In this document: positions 4,389 through 5,399 of the stretch, in pieces
How positions within the stretch are numbered: position 1 is the first letter of the stretch
Layout of the letters: the number at the start of each line of letters is the position of its first letter
Virus record (IMG/VR): IMGVR_UViG_3300038540_000010
Location: 1 to 5,399 of that record
From: a virus
Strand: one strand, 5' to 3'
DNA: 5,399 bases
Notes under the pieces: generated by a model
The model's database searches: none
What the model was told of the DNA's origin: nothing
The model's input: the letters and a program-made list of their open reading frames with translations, nothing else
Program-made: the position numbers and the translations under genes

Positions 4389-5281
4389 TCTTTCTCATTA
4401 CTTCCGTATCCTAATCTCTTATTTTTTTTTCTTGCTTCTTCTAGTGCTTTATAGTACTCTTCGTATCCTTCACTCACTTTTATTTTTTTTCCTAGTACCC
4501 ATCTTTCCTCCTTATCTAATTTTTCTATCCATAGTCTCTCTCTTTCTTCTTCGCTGTATAGTTTGTTTCTCATGTATATTGGCATTCCTAATTTTATGCC
4601 TTGCCTTGTTGTATAGTTTTCTCTTGTTTCTCCGTTCTTTTTGTATCTGCACAATTCCGCGTCTAGTCTAGTCATGTATTTATTTCCTATTCCTGCGCTC
4701 GTTAATATTTTCGGGTTATAATTTTCGTGCTTCTTGTCTACTTTATTGATGTATTTTACTATGTAATTTACTGTCCTTTCGTTTACATATTCTCCTAGAT
4801 ACACCCATCCGTATTTCCATCGTTCCTCTATCGCTTCGCGTTTTTCTGTCCATAGTATTCCGTGTATATGTATTCTTTCCGTTCCGTGTCCTCCTAGTTC
4901 TGTTACTAACCAATGTTTTATACTTGTTTTATATTTTTTTCTCCATCTTTCTAAGAATCTTCTTACTGCTTTTGTTGCTATTGCGTTTTCTAACTCGTAT
5001 CCTTCTGCGTTGCTATTTTCTTTTAGTACTTCTTTTTCTAATTCTACTAGGCTTTCATCGCTGAATGTTAATGTTATGAATTCTGCTTTATTTCCTGCTC
5101 TTACTTCTTCTTGTAATCTTACTGCCCATCCTTGCGCTTTTTGCTTTCTGCACTCCATACATTTTTGGCATCCTACGGGTACCCATAGTACCCTATTATC
5201 TAAAACGGTGGGTACATTCCCACCGTTTTTTTTGTTTGCTACATATTTTCTGTTTTTTATCAGTTTCGGGTATAAGCACAC
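4256..5281 (-). CDS. VP4: VP4 replication initiation protein (HUH rolling-circle endonuclease, phiX174 gpA-like), 341 aa, GTG start
   Basis: Motif 1 FITLTF (5063-5080); motif 2 HIHGIL (4853-4870); motif 3 YIVKYINK with two Tyr spaced Y-x3-Y (4742-4765). N-terminal Cys cluster: C2 and C38-x2-C41-x2-C44. The N-terminus M-C-L-Y-P is typical of microvirus VP4. GTG at 5281-5279 is the first start codon after an in-frame stop at 5320-5318. Stop is TAG at 4258-4256. Confidence 0.95.
   Translation of the reverse strand: MCLYPKLIKNRKYVANKKNGGNVPTVLDNRVLWVPVGCQKCMECRKQKAQGWAVRLQEEVRAGNKAEFITLTFSDESLVELEKEVLKENSNAEGYELENAIATKAVRRFLERWRKKYKTSIKHWLVTELGGHGTERIHIHGILWTEKREAIEERWKYGWVYLGEYVNERTVNYIVKYINKVDKKHENYNPKILTSAGIGNKYMTRLDAELCRYKKNGETRENYTTRQGIKLGMPIYMRNKLYSEEERERLWIEKLDKEERWVLGKKIKVSEGYEEYYKALEEARKKNKRLGYGSNEKEWKKEEYERARRRVERGKREEKIREQKKDSDLAEASNGQTKTVR
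4273..4298 (-). other. Hairpin at the 3' end of VP4 (8-bp stem, 10-nt loop)
   Basis: 4273-4280 TTTGGCCG pairs with 4291-4298 CGGCCAAA. It is encoded with C-ending codons (GCC GAA GCC AGC AAC GGC) that are otherwise uncommon here. Confidence 0.35.
5202..5229 (-). promoter_or_regulatory. Perfect 11-bp stem / 6-nt loop hairpin inside codons 18-27 of VP4; candidate ori, complementary-strand origin or attenuator
   Basis: 5202-5212 AAAACGGTGGG is the exact reverse complement of 5219-5229 CCCACCGTTTT, with loop TACATT. It is flanked by a homopolymer tract (T8 at 5226-5233 on the + strand). It is built from non-preferred codons GGT GGG .. CCC ACC GTT. Confidence 0.45.
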
Positions 5282-5282
5282 C

Positions 5283-5399
5283 TTAGAATCCGATTTTTCG
5301 TTTAGGCATTCCAGTTCTTACTGTTCCTACTGCGTCTGCTACATCTCCAAGCGCTTTTGTCACTCCATTCATTATCCTTAGCACGTTTGCCACATCTCC
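5283..5399 (-). CDS. VP2: VP2 C-terminal 38 codons plus TAA stop (duplicate of 1-107 plus the 10 nt 5283-5292 that complete the gene)
   Basis: The segment is in frame with the 1-1025 segment (both 107 and 5399 are codon starts). It reads GDVANVLRIMNGVTKALGDVADAVGTVRTGMPKRKIGF then TAA (5285-5283). Confidence 0.85.
   Translation of the reverse strand, partial: GDVANVLRIMNGVTKALGDVADAVGTVRTGMPKRKIGF
5293..5399. repeat. Terminal direct overlap (right copy), identical to 1-107
   Basis: Same comparison as for the left copy. Confidence 0.95.

Larger units (their letters stand above)
1..5292 (-). other. Complete circular Microviridae (ssDNA phage) genome unit, 5,292 nt, all genes on the minus strand
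   Basis: VP1, VP2 and VP4 hallmark genes are present. Packing is near-gapless with overlapping stops and starts. An exact 107-nt direct overlap of the two window ends closes the circle. Confidence 0.9.

Noticed and set aside
4422-4430. A9 run in VP4 (AGA AAA AAA AAT) as a programmed -1 frameshift or transcriptional-slippage site feeding into the 98-aa ORF. Similar A8 runs occur at 3508-3515, 4136-4143, 4483-4490 and 5226-5233.
   Set aside because: Both alternative frames hit a stop within 1-4 codons of the run (TAA and TAG), before the ORF98 ATG. Slippage would only truncate Rep. Such runs are expected in an A-rich coding strand. They remain worth checking as homopolymer sequencing-error hot spots.
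5177-5193. GGGTAC-CCATA-GTACCC hairpin in VP4, and a recurring GGTAC/GTACC motif in several hairpins (1051-1055, 1086-1090, 5178-5183, 5188-5192, 5211-5215)
   Set aside because: The stem is only 6 bp. The pentamer also occurs outside structures (for example 182-186, 1531-1535, 2559-2563 and 4495-4499), at about the frequency expected for a 5-mer on both strands in 5.4 kb, so there is no real enrichment.
128-5381. All + strand ORFs in the supplied track (for example 128-586, 608-1045, 1903-2253, 2955-3245, 3731-4165, 4050-4454 and 5010-5381), some up to 152 aa
   Set aside because: They are almost pure Leu/Phe/Ser/Cys/Val with hardly any charged residues. Each lies antisense to a well-supported minus-strand gene. 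They are expected by chance because the + strand is pyrimidine-rich and therefore poor in TAA/TAG/TGA. None has motifs or coupled start/stop context.
1-5399. I looked for tRNA/rRNA genes, CRISPR repeats, integrase/transposase genes, and defence or anti-defence gene cassettes
   Set aside because: There are no cloverleaf-like segments, no regularly spaced repeats, and no ORFs with recombinase, nuclease (other than the HUH Rep) or NTPase motifs. The genome is fully accounted for by microvirus genes plus four small unknown ORFs.

Overview
This window is one complete circular genome of a small ssDNA phage of the family Microviridae. It is linearised inside a gene and carries a 107-nt assembly overlap: bases 1-107 are identical to 5293-5399, so the unit circle is 5,292 nt. 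Every credible gene is on the minus strand. That strand is strongly purine-rich; the given + strand is about two-thirds pyrimidine in the stretches I hand-counted. The long Leu/Phe/Ser/Cys-rich + strand ORFs in the track are therefore antisense artefacts. Gene order on the minus strand is as follows. (1) VP4 rolling-circle replication initiator (5281-4256, GTG start, HUH and Y-x3-Y motifs). (2) Four small, tightly coupled ORFs of unknown function (98, 66, 61 and 102 aa). (3) VP1 major capsid protein (3475-1469, 668 aa). (4) A 115-aa ORF in the scaffold position. (5) The only real intergenic region (1114-1026). (6) VP2 DNA-pilot/minor capsid protein, then 1 nt, then VP4 again. VP2 starts at 1025, runs off the left edge, resumes at the junction and stops at 5283-5285 (344 aa). 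It is missing from the supplied ORF track because it crosses the linearisation point; I translated it by hand. The capsid N-terminal signature, the 668-aa capsid size and the absence of Shine-Dalgarno sequences suggest an Alpavirinae-like, Bacteroidota-associated microvirus, but this needs a database search. Points worth follow-up: a set of G/C-containing hairpins built from non-preferred codons (strongest at 5202-5229 inside the 5' end of VP4, plus a structured block at 4172-4300); a pair of mutually exclusive hairpins in the sole intergenic region; a 66-aa ORF with a hydrophobic segment, a candidate single-gene lysis protein; and a 98-aa protein, basic at both ends, overprinted on the VP4 tail. 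I saw no tRNA, rRNA, CRISPR array, integrase or transposase. I cannot point to a multi-gene novel system beyond the uncharacterised small-ORF module.
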